From contig NC_042997.1 of the NCBI RefSeq assembly GCF_006345805.1, forward strand, positions 86,924,001 through 86,988,000: 64,000 nucleotides of DNA, read 5' to 3'. The position numbers and the translations under genes were made by a program. The notes under the pieces were generated by a model. That model saw only the letters and a program-made list of their open reading frames with translations. It searched no databases and was not told the origin of the DNA. Position 1 is the stretch's first letter. Every line of letters begins with the position of its first letter. Below, one piece after another: positions 24,809 through 36,484 of this stretch. The stretch comes from Octopus sinensis. Its lineage: Eukaryota.

Positions 24809-24826
24809 TTATTAAAATGGGACAAA

Positions 24827-25041
24827 GACGACGATCTGGCAGAATCGTTAGCATGTCGGACAAAATGACTAGATTTATTTCTACCAGCTCTTGACATTCT
24901 GAATTCGAATCCCCCCGAAATCAATTTTCCTTTTCAATAACCTCGGGGACGGTAAAATAAAGTACCATTCAAGAATTGAGTTTGATGGCATCGACTAGAT
25001 TCCTCCATCTGATTTGGTGACTTTGCACCTAAATTAGAAAG
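24827..25041 (+). mobile_element. SINE family A (diverged)
   Basis: ctggcagaatcgttagcatgtcggacaaaatg...ttctgaattcgaatcc...cggggacggtaaaataaagtacca. Confidence 0.7.
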
Positions 25042-25729
25042 TATTTTTAAAGAAACTCACTTGATTTTGTTGTGGTTTAGGCCTGATCGAGTAAATCTAT
25101 ACTTATGATTAAACGCACACCAACTATATTTGTATGTGTGTGTGTGTGTGTGCGAAGTGTATAAAACAAGCCCGTATTATGCAAAGTGTTTTAGGGCATT
25201 GACTGCTCTTCTTTTTTCTTTTTTTCTTTTTCTTAACTTCTTTTTTTTTTTTTTTTTTTTTTTGAGTCAGCGGAGTGTGATTTGAAGGAGATTTGGCTGA
25301 TATTACCAATTTGAACTATCGCGGAAAGGCTTCCTGATGTCATTGGCGGGATGATGCTTGTTATTTTTAAGAAATTCTAGCGACGACTCAAAAGTTCCCT
25401 TGTTAGATAAGATAACTATTCATTGTTGGCTGTAGTTGTATTGTGGTTCGAAATCAGCCATGACCGAGCAAGCCTTATATGCAAAGGCTTTCCAGTCAGT
25501 CTTTTCCGGACGTGTTTGAAAACTGAGGCTACATTATCCAGCTGTGAGCCTTTTTCCTTTTAAGAACTTAGGACGCAACTTGAAAAAGTTGTGGCTGTTA
25601 TTTCAAGCAGATCGATCAATCACATTGAAGTCTTCTCTCACTGGATCGCTGGGTGGTGGTATTGTCATTATTGCTGCTGGTGAAGCGCATTATCTAACGT
25701 AAATCACGATGGCAACCGTACGACTGGCC

Positions 25730-25792
25730 GGATAACTGAAGAGATAGCGGCGTGGGTTTCCGCCCCGACATCCGAAACTCGGAGTTTTATCA
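25730..25792 (+). ncRNA. Type I hammerhead ribozyme motif, copy 1
   Basis: Stem I gataa/ttatc, core CUGAAGA 25736-25742, stem II gat...atc with inner gcgg/ccgc, GAAA 25774-25777, stem III ACUC-g-GAGU, predicted GUU triplet ending 25786. Confidence 0.72.
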
Positions 25793-26148
25793 TGGCTACC
25801 GAATAATTGTCACATATTATATTTACAGATAAATTCCTCTATTTACATAATATCGAGGTCTCTTTCATTCTTTTGTTGTCTTACCATTTCTATCGATAAG
25901 TTACCTCCCGTACACCGCTATTTTTCCGTAAGGGCTAATACAGCTTATTTTGGAAAATCGCCAGAAATCGTTTGAGGACTCTGCCCCGCAGAAGAATTCA
26001 ATATGGACGACTACTACATCGATTATTCCATGAAAAACATACCTATACCATCAAGAGATGGTATACCTCTAAGAAACTTTTGGAGAAAATTACAGACCTT
26101 ATTAAGTGCATGAGATGGAAATCTTTCTCGGGCATTTTTTCGATGGCC

Positions 26149-26211
26149 GGATAACTGAAGAGATGGCGGCGAGGGATTCCGCCCCGACATCCGAAAGTCG
26201 GAGTTTTATCC
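26149..26211 (+). ncRNA. Type I hammerhead ribozyme motif, copy 2
   Basis: Stem I ggataa/ttatcc, CUGAAGA 26155-26161, stem II gatg/catc with inner gcgg/ccgc, GAAA 26193-26196, one stem III mismatch, triplet ending 26205. Confidence 0.68.
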
Positions 26212-26256
26212 TGGCTACCGAATAATTGTCACATATTATATTTACATATATATATA

Positions 26257-26330
<74 letters not shown>

Positions 26331-26348
26331 AGATATATATGTACACGA

Positions 26349-26555
26349 GAGAAATAAAGATAAACACAAGTTCCTACGCGCGTTTCACCATTATGGTTGT
26401 TTGGAGCATTGATGTTCCAAATACCCTACCATAACGAATCATCAGGAACACTTTATTTTATTAAGTTACAGATAGTTATCTTTATGCTCCAAACATCACA
26501 ACGATGAAACGCGCGAAGGAATTATGACATAAACCTGTGTTTAGCATTATTTCTC
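26349..26555. mobile_element. About 207-bp MITE-like inverted-repeat element
   Basis: gagaaataa..taaacaca.g...ttcct.cgcgcgtttca...tgtttggagcat pairs with atgctccaaaca...tgaaacgcgcgaaggaa...tgtgttta...ttatttctc. Confidence 0.75.
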
Positions 26556-26713
26556 CGACATCTGCTCTTTAGTTCATAACCAGTAAACTAGTAATTCAAA
26601 ACGGTATAGATGTTACTTAACAACTATACAGAAATAAGACTGAATTATGAAAATCCATACGGAGCTCTAAACATAACAGTAGCGGACGTACATCTATTTG
26701 TACACTCAACTGC

Positions 26714-26773
<60 letters not shown>

Positions 26774-26879
26774 CATCATTTCTAATTAGCCAAACAACTA
26801 CTACTGATGCGCACAGGAACATATATAAAGGACAATAGACAGTCAGTCAAACACAGTTGAAACACCCCTGTCACAACCT

Positions 26880-26923
26880 GGGACCTTGAAGACTGCTATA
26901 ACGCATGAAAGTATACTAGACCC
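26880..26923 (+). ncRNA. Degenerate minimal type I hammerhead motif (second Penelope-like family)
   Basis: gggac-CTTGAAGA-c-tgc-tataac-gca-t-GAAA-gtatac-TA-gaccc; stem III is the perfect palindrome AGTATACT; the core carries an extra or changed base. Confidence 0.5.
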
Positions 26924-27029
26924 TAATATTTTATATTCAACATTTCATCTATTCAATAAGACAATCAATACTTCATTTTATTTTACTATATATATATTAT
27001 ATATTATATATATATATATATTATATATA

Positions 27030-27067
<38 letters not shown>

Positions 27068-27672
27068 TATATATATTTATACTATATATTCTATATTCTA
27101 CATTAATATTATAAAGAATATAAATAAAACATAAAAAACAGACAGAGTTGAAATTTCTTTGAATAATATATATATATACATACAAACATAAACACACACA
27201 CACACACACGCACATATATATATATAAGTGAATTGAAGAAAACAGTTTGGCCATGGGCTCTTAGGAGCCTCGTTCGATTTGTTTTGCTCCGCCTCTGTTC
27301 TGTTTTTGTTTTTTCCAACGGATTTCCTATTTCTTCCTGAAGAGAAAGACACAATATGGTCTCCTTATTCAATCGGAATTTGGTAAATTGTGCCTTTCGA
27401 AACACGTGTAGAATGCAATAAAACGATTTCTGTTCAATCTTCGTTCAACTCCATTTCTTCAATTCACTAATAATATTAAAATTCAATTATCCGCACCAAC
27501 GCACGGTTGCAACACCATATGGTTGTACCTCCAACCGTGCCGTCTTCTGCTGTGATTTTGCTACCAAGGTATCGGTTAAACTTTTGATTAATCTGCAACA
27601 AGATTATTCATCTTTCTATTTCACAATATATATATATTATATATATATATATATTATATATATATACACATA

Positions 27673-28962
27673 CGAGGGGCGTTCAATAAGTAATGCCCCT
27701 GACCCACTTTCCATAGCAGTAGAGCAACGAAACTTGGCACAGTTATTAGTCTTTTTCTACATAGGAACCACCAAGAGTTACACATTTCTCCCATCGTTTG
27801 ATGCGGCTCTGGAGACCGTTTTTGTAGAAGAACCCAGCTTGGTCCTCCAACCTGAACGTGACTTCAGAAATCAAGGCTGCATCATCTGGGAAACGCTTTC
27901 CTTTCAAAAACAACTTCATCATTGGGAAGAGGTGAAAATCAGAGGGTGCAAGGTCAGGAAAGTCGGGGGGATGGGGAGGAGTTCATAGCCATACGCCTGT
28001 GCTTCTGATCTGGCGACAAGCGAGCTGTGGACCGGAGCGTTGTCCTGCAGGAGGAGGATGCCTTTGCTGATCTTGCCCCGCCTCTTGATTTTGATAACTT
28101 CTCTTAATTTCCTCAAAAGTGAAGCATAATAGGCTCCTGCAATTGTGGTACCCTTTGCCAGGAAATCTGTCATCACTACTCCGTCCTGGTCCCAGAAGAC
28201 TGTGAGCATGACCTTGCCAGCGGAGGGCTGCATCCTTGCCTTCTTTGGAGGGGGTGAGTCACGGTGCTTCCACTGCATTGACTGGGCTTTGGTCTCTGGA
28301 TCATCGTGATGGACCCAGGTTTCATCCTGTGTAATCAGTCTTTTGAAAAATTTTGACTCATCTTCTTGGCACATCTCCAAATTCACCCTCGAGCATTCGA
28401 CGCGTTCTTGCTTCTGGAAAGGCGTGAGCACCTGGGAATCCATCTGGCAGACACCTTTTGCATATGCAAATGGTCATGAATGATAGTTTCCACAGACCCG
28501 GTACTAATCTTGACCTCATGGGCTATTTGGCGAATAGTTATGCGTCGATCTTCCAAAATGGCAGCCTCAACTTGACGGACAGATGCCTCATCAATGGCAG
28601 AAGGGGGCGACCAGATCTGGGAGCTGTTTCCACAGAGTTCCGACCATGTTTGAATTCACGATGCCAGCGTTTTATAAGGTCATATGATGGGGCATCATCA
28701 CCATAAGTTACTTTCATTTCATCAAAAGTCTCCCGTGGTGTGCGTCCTTTCCAATACAAAAACCAGATCACTGCTTGACACTCAACAGGCTCCATTTCAC
28801 ACTTGACTCGGTTCAAACACCTGTAAATCAGAAACCACAATTAATTCAGAGCTGTAATTTTCCACTTACTCTATAGAGATATAAATGATTGCACATGCAA
28901 AATTTCAGCTAGATCAAACAATTGCAAGTGGGTCAGAGGCATTACTTATTGAACGTCCCTCG
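27673..28962 (-). mobile_element. Full-length mariner (DD34D, irritans-like), 1290 bp, transposase frameshifted
   Basis: 37-bp TIRs cgaggggcgttcaataagtaatgcccctgacccactt (2 mismatches), TA flanks; MEPVECQAVI...APRSGRP, ITQDETWVHH, QDNAPVH, alternate-frame PDLAPSDFHLFP. Confidence 0.95.
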
Positions 28963-28973
28963 TATATATATAT

Positions 28974-29051
<78 letters not shown>

Positions 29052-29061
29052 CATATATATA

Positions 29062-29893
29062 TCTTAATAACATTAAAACTTAAGTACATTTTTATCTTTT
29101 TTTTGCATACTTAATTTCATATTTACCTTCGGCAGTGCTGTGCAATTTTTTGTGATATCTGGAAACTTTATTTATTAATAAAAACGATTAAACACAATTT
29201 TTGTTTATTTCTTGACGAAAAACAAACATGACTTCCGTGACGTCAACACACATATACACATACAGAATACATACACATATAATGAATGCCATGGCATGTC
29301 AATCAACACAAACACAAGTGTGCTATCTGTGACATATATACACACATAGTTTTTGGGCTCTCTAAGACAAAAAAAAAAGGTCGACTTTTTGATGTACACA
29401 ATATTTTAAACATTTGGAAATATTTTTAAGTGAATGTGATTTCAAAAATGTAAGTTGTTTGTACAGAAAGTATTTATATTTTAGTTTTCTTTAAACAGAC
29501 AATATTTTAATACTTTTAAAAATTATTTTCAAGTGAATGGCGATCTTTCGCTTTGACTCTCAGAACTGTCATCCGGAGTGTCCTAATTTCCTTAAAAAAA
29601 TTTTATTTTTTACTTTTATTTTAAAGTGAAAGATGTTCGTACGTGTATATGAAATGGACGTGTGTATGTGAAAGAGAGAGGGAGAGTGAGAGAAAGAGAG
29701 AGGAAGAGAGAGAGGCAGAGAGAGAGAAAAAGAGAGAGAATGAAGGGTTGTGTTGTCATGTATCCGTACATACATCAATAGATATGCGTACATTTTTTGT
29801 ATGTACGTGTGCACGTGTGTGTATGAGATGGAGAGAGAGAAAGAGAGTGTGAGTGAACGTGTGTTATCATGTATGTGTAAGTGGCAATCACTT

Positions 29894-29934
<41 letters not shown>

Positions 29935-30393
29935 TGTCCATTTCATATACACGTTCATACATGTTTCACTTTTTCCTCTCTTTCACTTTAAAACAAAAGT
30001 AAATAAATAAAAAAAATATGGAACAAAACCATCTGATCCGGATGACAGTTCTGAGAGTCAAAGCGGAAGATCACCCCTAGGGAATACCATTGCAAAATTT
30101 TTTTCGAGCGCATTCAACGTATCTCACCTCCAAACATTTGCTGCTATATGTAGCACACCCTGTTACCACGTAACAGCTATTTGCGATAAAGGACCCAAAA
30201 TACATGTTACGTGGTAGTCGGGCATGCAAAAAATAGCAGCCAAATCTTTCCTTTTCAGTGGAAAGGAACCGTTTACATGTGATTTTGATTCGATGAAAAC
30301 ATGCGAAATAACATGGAAAAGAAAAAAAAAACACGAAACAAAACTCCATTGCTGGGAAACTCAGACTTTCCAGCTGACCCAACGGGTAGTCTA

Positions 30394-30394
<1 letters not shown>
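29062..30394 (+). mobile_element. Possible non-autonomous Helitron inserted in a (TA)n tract
   Basis: Begins A|TC at 29061-29063, ends hairpin acccaacgggt then CTAG|T at 30391-30395; (TA)n on both sides; hairpin spacing atypically short. Confidence 0.35.
29542..30072. repeat. About 530-bp palindrome with about 200-bp arms
   Basis: gatctttcgctttgactctcagaactgtcatccgga (29542-29577) versus 30037-30072, 35/36 inverted match; inner ttttaaagtgaaaga and acgtgtatatgaaatggac also mirrored. Confidence 0.85.
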
Positions 30395-30481
<87 letters not shown>

Positions 30482-30709
30482 AGAGGAATTAGAGGAAGCA
30501 ATTAGAGGAAGCAATATCTCCGTAAGGGATTGTTAAACACAATTCAAATGTCAGCTGGGTTTAACCAAATATATTGATAGAAATTTCCTGAATATATATA
30601 TATATCAGCCGAAATTGCAAGGATGATCCGGTTCTTGACTGAAGATTAGAGGCTTCGAATGACCCGTCCGTTCTTGTCCCATTTTGTATTTTTATATATA
30701 TTTTTATAC

Positions 30710-30835
<126 letters not shown>

Positions 30836-30905
30836 AAACAATCTCATAAAATTAAAAAGTCAATAAAAGAAAATGGAGAAGAAAAATTTAAAAAGCTGCT
30901 CACTT

Positions 30906-31018
<113 letters not shown>

Positions 31019-31019
31019 T

Positions 31020-31195
31020 GTGTGTGTGTGTTTTATCTTTTACTCGTTTCAGTCACTGGATTTCGGCCATACTGGAGGGCACCGCAGTGAAGGGCTTAGT
31101 CTAATGAATTCACTCCGGTACTTATAGTTAAGCATGGTACTTATTCTATCGCTTCTTTTTTTGTTCTTTTGTTTTTTGCCGAACCGTTAAATTAT
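31020..31195 (-). mobile_element. SINE family B tail
   Basis: tttactcgtttcagtcactgg...ggccatactggagggcaccgc...gtacttattctatcg...tttgccgaaccg. Confidence 0.75.
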
Positions 31196-31275
31196 GGACA
31201 CTCACACACAGAGACAGACACACACGCGCTCGCACACACGCACACACACACACGCACACACACCCGCACGCACAA

Positions 31276-31322
<47 letters not shown>

Positions 31323-31606
31323 AATAAGTACACACAAGCACGAGTGCACACGCACACACGCACATACACACACGCACACACGATATATAAATGTAATGTG
31401 TGTGTGTGTGCGTGCGCACGTGTTGTTGTTGTTGTTACTGCTATTTCTAGCAAACCGAGCGACCACGTAAGTGATTTTCCCCTTCGTCGGTTCGGTAACC
31501 AATAAGTAACTAGCATGCCCTACAGGTGACATGAAAAGAGAAAAAGAGGACAGTAGTAATGTAAGGGATGGTGTGAAGAAAAGGGAGAAAGACTGTATCA
31601 ATAGCA

Positions 31607-31713
31607 ATACTCACCTGCTCCCTTAGCATAAAGAGCAAGGGTAAAATTCACCTGCTTTCTTAGCATAAAGGTAAGGGTAAAATTCACCTGCTCTCTTTAC
31701 ATAAAGGTAAAGA
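31607..31713. repeat. 36-37-bp tandem repeat x3
   Basis: tcacctgct.(c/t)cttagcataaag..aagggtaaaat with starts at 31611, 31648, 31684. Confidence 0.9.
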
Positions 31714-32029
31714 GTTTCTTAAACAATAACATACAGACAGAAATCAACTCCCTTCCCCTCTTTTCTTTGTTTTCCTTCCTCTCTTTTTTATTGATTGAAC
31801 TTGCCTTGTTTGCTTGCTTGCTTGCTGGCTTTTATAACATTAACATCGATGTTTGTTCGTGCGCCTGTCGTCGGTGTATGGTGCCTGTTTGGATATGCGT
31901 ACGTATACCTTGTATGTATGTAGGGTTCTTTTAGGGATATTTCTTTTCATTTCTGGTTGTAGATAGACGGTCGCTTTAATAGGGAACATTCTGGACGTAC
32001 TGACGTATATTAAGTAAAATATTTGTATT

Positions 32030-32190
32030 GGCTCAGGGGAGGTGGTGTGGTAAGAAGTTTGCTTCCCAAACTCATGGTTCCGGGTTCAGTCCTATTGCGC
32101 GATACTTTAGCCAAGTATATTCTACTATACCCTCGGGACGACCAAAGCTCCGATTTTGTCGACGGAAACAGAAAGAAGCCCGTCGTATAT
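32030..32190 (+). mobile_element. SINE family B head/body
   Basis: gtgtggtaagaagtttgcttcccaaac...gttccgggttcagtcc...gacggaaacagaaagaagcccgtcgtatat. Confidence 0.82.
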
Positions 32191-32422
32191 ATGTATCGTC
32201 AATGTGCCATATATCCGTAAAAGAAGCACACTCTAAAGCATAGAACAGTAATGTATTTATAAGTAGTTAAGTTTATGTCCGGTCATCCACAATGGCCTTA
32301 ACCTCGTGAGCGACTCTTCAGACTCTAAAACCGAAGACAAATGTAACTCTTCACTTCTGGGAGACAGGTGTCCGTTAAGGTAATTTGGTCAGTAGTCATC
32401 AAAGAATAAATAGTCTGGGGTC

Positions 32423-32469
<47 letters not shown>

Positions 32470-32470
<1 letters not shown>

Positions 32471-32681
32471 CCTTTCTACTATAGGCATAAGGCCTGGAAT
32501 TTGAGGGGAGGGGGATAGTCGATTACATCGACCTCAGTACTCAACTGGTACCTGATTTATTGACCCGAAAGGATGAAAGGCAAAGTCAACTTCGGCGAAA
32601 TTTGAACTCGGAACGTAGGGATGGGCGAAATACCGTTAAGCATTTCACCCGGAGTGCTAACGATTCTGCCAGCTCGCCGTC
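32470..32681 (-). mobile_element. SINE family A
   Basis: cctttctactatagg...atttgaactcggaacg...gattctgccagctcgccg, flanked by (AAT)n. Confidence 0.85.
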
Positions 32682-32699
32682 TTAATAATGATAATTACT

Positions 32700-32910
32700 A
32701 TTTCAAACTTTTGCTACGAGAGCAGCTTGGGGAAGATAAGGATGAGTCACTTACATCGACCCCAGTGTTCGACTCGTACTTATTTAATCGACCCCGAAAA
32801 GATAAAAGGCAAAGTCGACCTCGGTGGAATTTGAACTCAGAACGTAGCGACGGACGAAATACCGCTAAACATTTCGTCCCGCATGCTAACAATTCAGTCA
32901 GCTCGCCGCC
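32700..32910 (-). mobile_element. SINE family A (tandem with the previous copy)
   Basis: tttcaaacttttg...aaagtcgacctcggtggaatttgaactcagaacg...cagctcgccgcc. Confidence 0.85.
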
Positions 32911-32925
32911 TTAATAATAATAATA

Positions 32926-33558
32926 ATATGCAATATCAGGTAGTGGCTCTTATGGCTTCTGATAATGATAATGATAATATGCAATATCAGGTAGTGGCTC
33001 TTATGGCTTCTGATAATGATAATAATAATATGCAATATCAGGTAGTGGCTCTTATGGCTTCTGATCTGAGTTGATTGATAGTGCTAACATGTACATGTTT
33101 TGTCAAAGTATAAAATATAGGCTACTGTAAATATTCTGCTTAATACCACAAATTTGCTTGTCAGTTGCTTGACCTTAAACCAGTTGAGCATGTCCCTTAG
33201 TGGCTGGTGATATGTGCATCTCTGATAACGAGCAGGAATAATGCGGGAGCATCATAGCCATGTGTTGAGAGTGATTCTTTGGGGTTTGACTAACTCACCC
33301 TTGGAAACATGATTGTTTCATTCATCATCCTTAAACCACCTTTTATTCAGGGACCTTTTAAGCGGATGGCCTACTCGACCTGAAGAAAATTCTGAGCCCC
33401 ACCTGCAAGGTCATGCGCTGTTTTTCTTGATATGAGGTCACCATGTCGCGCACATATGGTTGTGATGCATGTGCCTGGTGTAGTCATGATGGGTATATTC
33501 AGCTTCGTATATTTGTATCCCAGCGTCATTTTGATGGCGTGTGCTGCTCTCTCACTCA
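32926..33558. mobile_element. Unclassified about 630-bp element between AAT/AAC microsatellites, with a triplicated end
   Basis: Core atatgcaatatcaggtagtggctcttatggcttctgat at 32926, 32977, 33028 (period 51), the third copy running into complex sequence that ends ctctcactc at an AAC/ATT tract. Confidence 0.45.
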
Positions 33559-33954
33559 ACAACAACAAAAAACAATTATTATTATTATTATTATTATTAT
33601 ATTATTATTATTATTATTATTATTATATGTTCTTTCTGTTTTCCATTGTCTTATTTTTCGCTTCCCTTCCTTCATCCTCGAACCTACGCACCTAATCTCC
33701 CTCTTTCATCTCCCCTTTCCTTGTTCATAAGCTAATCATAAGGCTATTTAATATGCTCCTATATATATATATATATATAATATATATATATATATAATAT
33801 ATATATATATATATAGATTAAGGGTTTACACGCTGCATATCTTTTCTTTCTGTATTGTACTTTCCTTCGCGCCTTTTCTCCGTTTATTGTATTTCATTCA
33901 GCCTTGCCCACTGCCTCCACTCCTCACCCCTTTCATCTTCATCAAGAGCCATCA

Positions 33955-34091
33955 CAAAACACTCCTCACACAACTATTAACAACAACAACAACACGACAG
34001 TAATAACGGCAATAATATGAAACACTACACCTACCAATAACAAAATAGGAGCATATATATATGTATGTATATATATATATGTATATATATA

Positions 34092-34136
<45 letters not shown>

Positions 34137-34406
34137 ATGTATGTATGTATGCATGTATGTATGTATGTATATATATATATATATTTACATGCATATATAT
34201 ATATTCACACACACACACACACCACATATATATATACATATATGTATATAATGTATATATATATGCATATATATATATATAATATATATATATATATTTA
34301 CATGCATATATATATATATTCACACACACACACCACATATATATATATACATACATATATATGTATACATATATATATACATATATGTATATAATGTATA
34401 TATATA

Positions 34407-34503
<97 letters not shown>

Positions 34504-34508
34504 GAGAG

Positions 34509-34550
<42 letters not shown>
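33955..34550. repeat. Compound (AAC)/(TA)/(CA)/(AG) microsatellite block
   Basis: Direct reading. Confidence 0.92.
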
Positions 34551-34551
<1 letters not shown>

Positions 34552-34762
34552 TCCGTAATAATGAAGGGTGAAATTAATTAATTTGGAATAATTATCATTA
34601 CACCAAGTAGTCTTCGGCATGTAAAAGCCTCATTCGAGGAAAATTTAAGTAATACTAAGCAATAAAGGGTTTAGCAACGAATTGCCTTACCACATACCGA
34701 ATTTAGAAATAGCAGTCAAAGAGTTATAGCTATTTCTTCTACTAAAAAGGGATCGCCCATGG

Positions 34763-34825
<63 letters not shown>

Positions 34826-35244
34826 TGTGGTGTGTGTGTATACGCATAGATGCACGCAGACATACACACACAAAACTCAAATGCAGCCTCACACTGTTAG
34901 CTAATAGAGTCGCTGATTTACAAATAAAGAGATGGTCACGGGTGGAACACAACCATAGGTCTGTTCAATCATGGGGTTAACCTGGGCCTGAGAAACAATA
35001 GCAGCAACAACAACAAAGCCATCAGAAACAACTAACTGCCGGCATCACCATCACAACTAATAACAGCAACAACAATAACGATTCGGATCAGCCGACCCCT
35101 AAACAATCACCATTACTAGGACCCCCTTTCTCCCCTATTAAATACTGGACCCACAAAACAACAACCGTCACGAATCCACCATCAGCCGTTCCACCACGGT
35201 CGTATTAGAGTGGTTGTAACTCCTTCGACAGGTGATAATACGTC

Positions 35245-35245
35245 T

Positions 35246-35285
<40 letters not shown>

Positions 35286-35733
35286 ACGTACGTATGTATG
35301 TATGTATGTATGATGTATGTATGTATGTATGTATGTATGTATGTATGTATGTATTATGTATGAGTGCGTGTTTGTTTGTTTGTGTGTGTGTGTGATTTTT
35401 CTTTGAGTTCTTGAAAGAGTTCAACCCGATCGCTAACAAAGCGACGAGACTTCGGTTTAGAGAGTTCTCAGTGTTTCGAAATATGTATGTACGTACGTAT
35501 GCATGCATGCATGCATGTATGTATGTATGTGTATGTATGTATGTATGTACGTATGTATGCATGAATGTATGTATTTTTGTATGCACGTGTACGTGTGTAC
35601 ATACATACATACAAACATACATAAATACATACATACATAAATACATACATACATGTATACATACATATATACAAGCATACATACATACATACATGCATGC
35701 ATACATACATACATACATACATACATACATACA

Positions 35734-35764
<31 letters not shown>

Positions 35765-35765
35765 T
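35245..35765. repeat. (GTCT)n/(TATG)n/(CATA)n compound microsatellite
   Basis: Direct reading; source of the YVCM/HTYI ORFs. Confidence 0.92.
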
Positions 35766-36366
35766 GTTTATATGTTGTTTGGGACGGACAAGAAAAAGTA
35801 CGTACCAGTCTAAGCTGTTTCGCCGATGAATATCTCTTTGAAAATCAAAGGGAAAGAAAATAACTACGGACAACTGCTTCGAAACCTCTAGCTTCTATAT
35901 CCGGATTACAAATTTGCATTTATTCCAGTAATAATTGGGGCACCTGGCTTTGTAATTAAATGCCTAATTGTCAGTCTGGATACGCATAGATTTTCAGAAA
36001 AAAACACATCAAGCGATTTGCACGTTACAAATGCAATCTATAAGATTTTTCTCAGATTTAAAATGTGACATTGTTTTCGTTATCTACATTCCAATGATGG
36101 GGCTTTGTATCTTTGTTAAGAAAACAGCACCTTCTTCAAAGGAAGAAATTGAATAAGTAAAAAAGAGAAGATACATATTTACATAGAGATATCTTAAGTA
36201 AATTATTCTAACTGGTATCTCTAGGATCCCCTCGACATGTTATCCTAGGATTTATTTGCATGTATTTAAGTTTGTATATGCAATGTATCTTTGCATGTGT
36301 GTGTATGTGTGTGTGTGTGTGTGTGCGTGTGTGCGTGTCTGTGTGTCTGTCTGTATTTCTCTCTCA

Positions 36367-36445
<79 letters not shown>

Positions 36446-36484
36446 CTATCTATCTATCTATCTATCTATCTGTGTGTGTGTATT

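Larger units (their letters stand above)
25722..26248 (+). mobile_element. Penelope-like element remnant: two about 105-bp direct repeats (pseudo-LTRs) flanking the ORF 5' end
   Basis: 25725-25828 and 26144-26247 are near-identical; between them DYSMKNIPIPSR/KLLEKITDLIKCMRWK resembles the N-terminus of Penelope-type ORFs (YSLKNIPIPS...FIKRMRWK). Confidence 0.78.

Noticed and set aside
30604-30680. CTGAAGA...cGAAT repeat (also 11530-11600) as a hammerhead
   Set aside because: GAAT instead of GAAA in both copies and no consistent stems I or III.
32926-33065. CRISPR-like repeat-spacer array
   Set aside because: Only three cores; the spacers are 13-bp AAT/GAT microsatellite; eukaryotic context; no cas genes.
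34600-34660. Minus-strand gaatga-ggc...gcc-gaag as a hammerhead
   Set aside because: Both conserved core blocks deviate; more likely part of an ordinary interspersed repeat.
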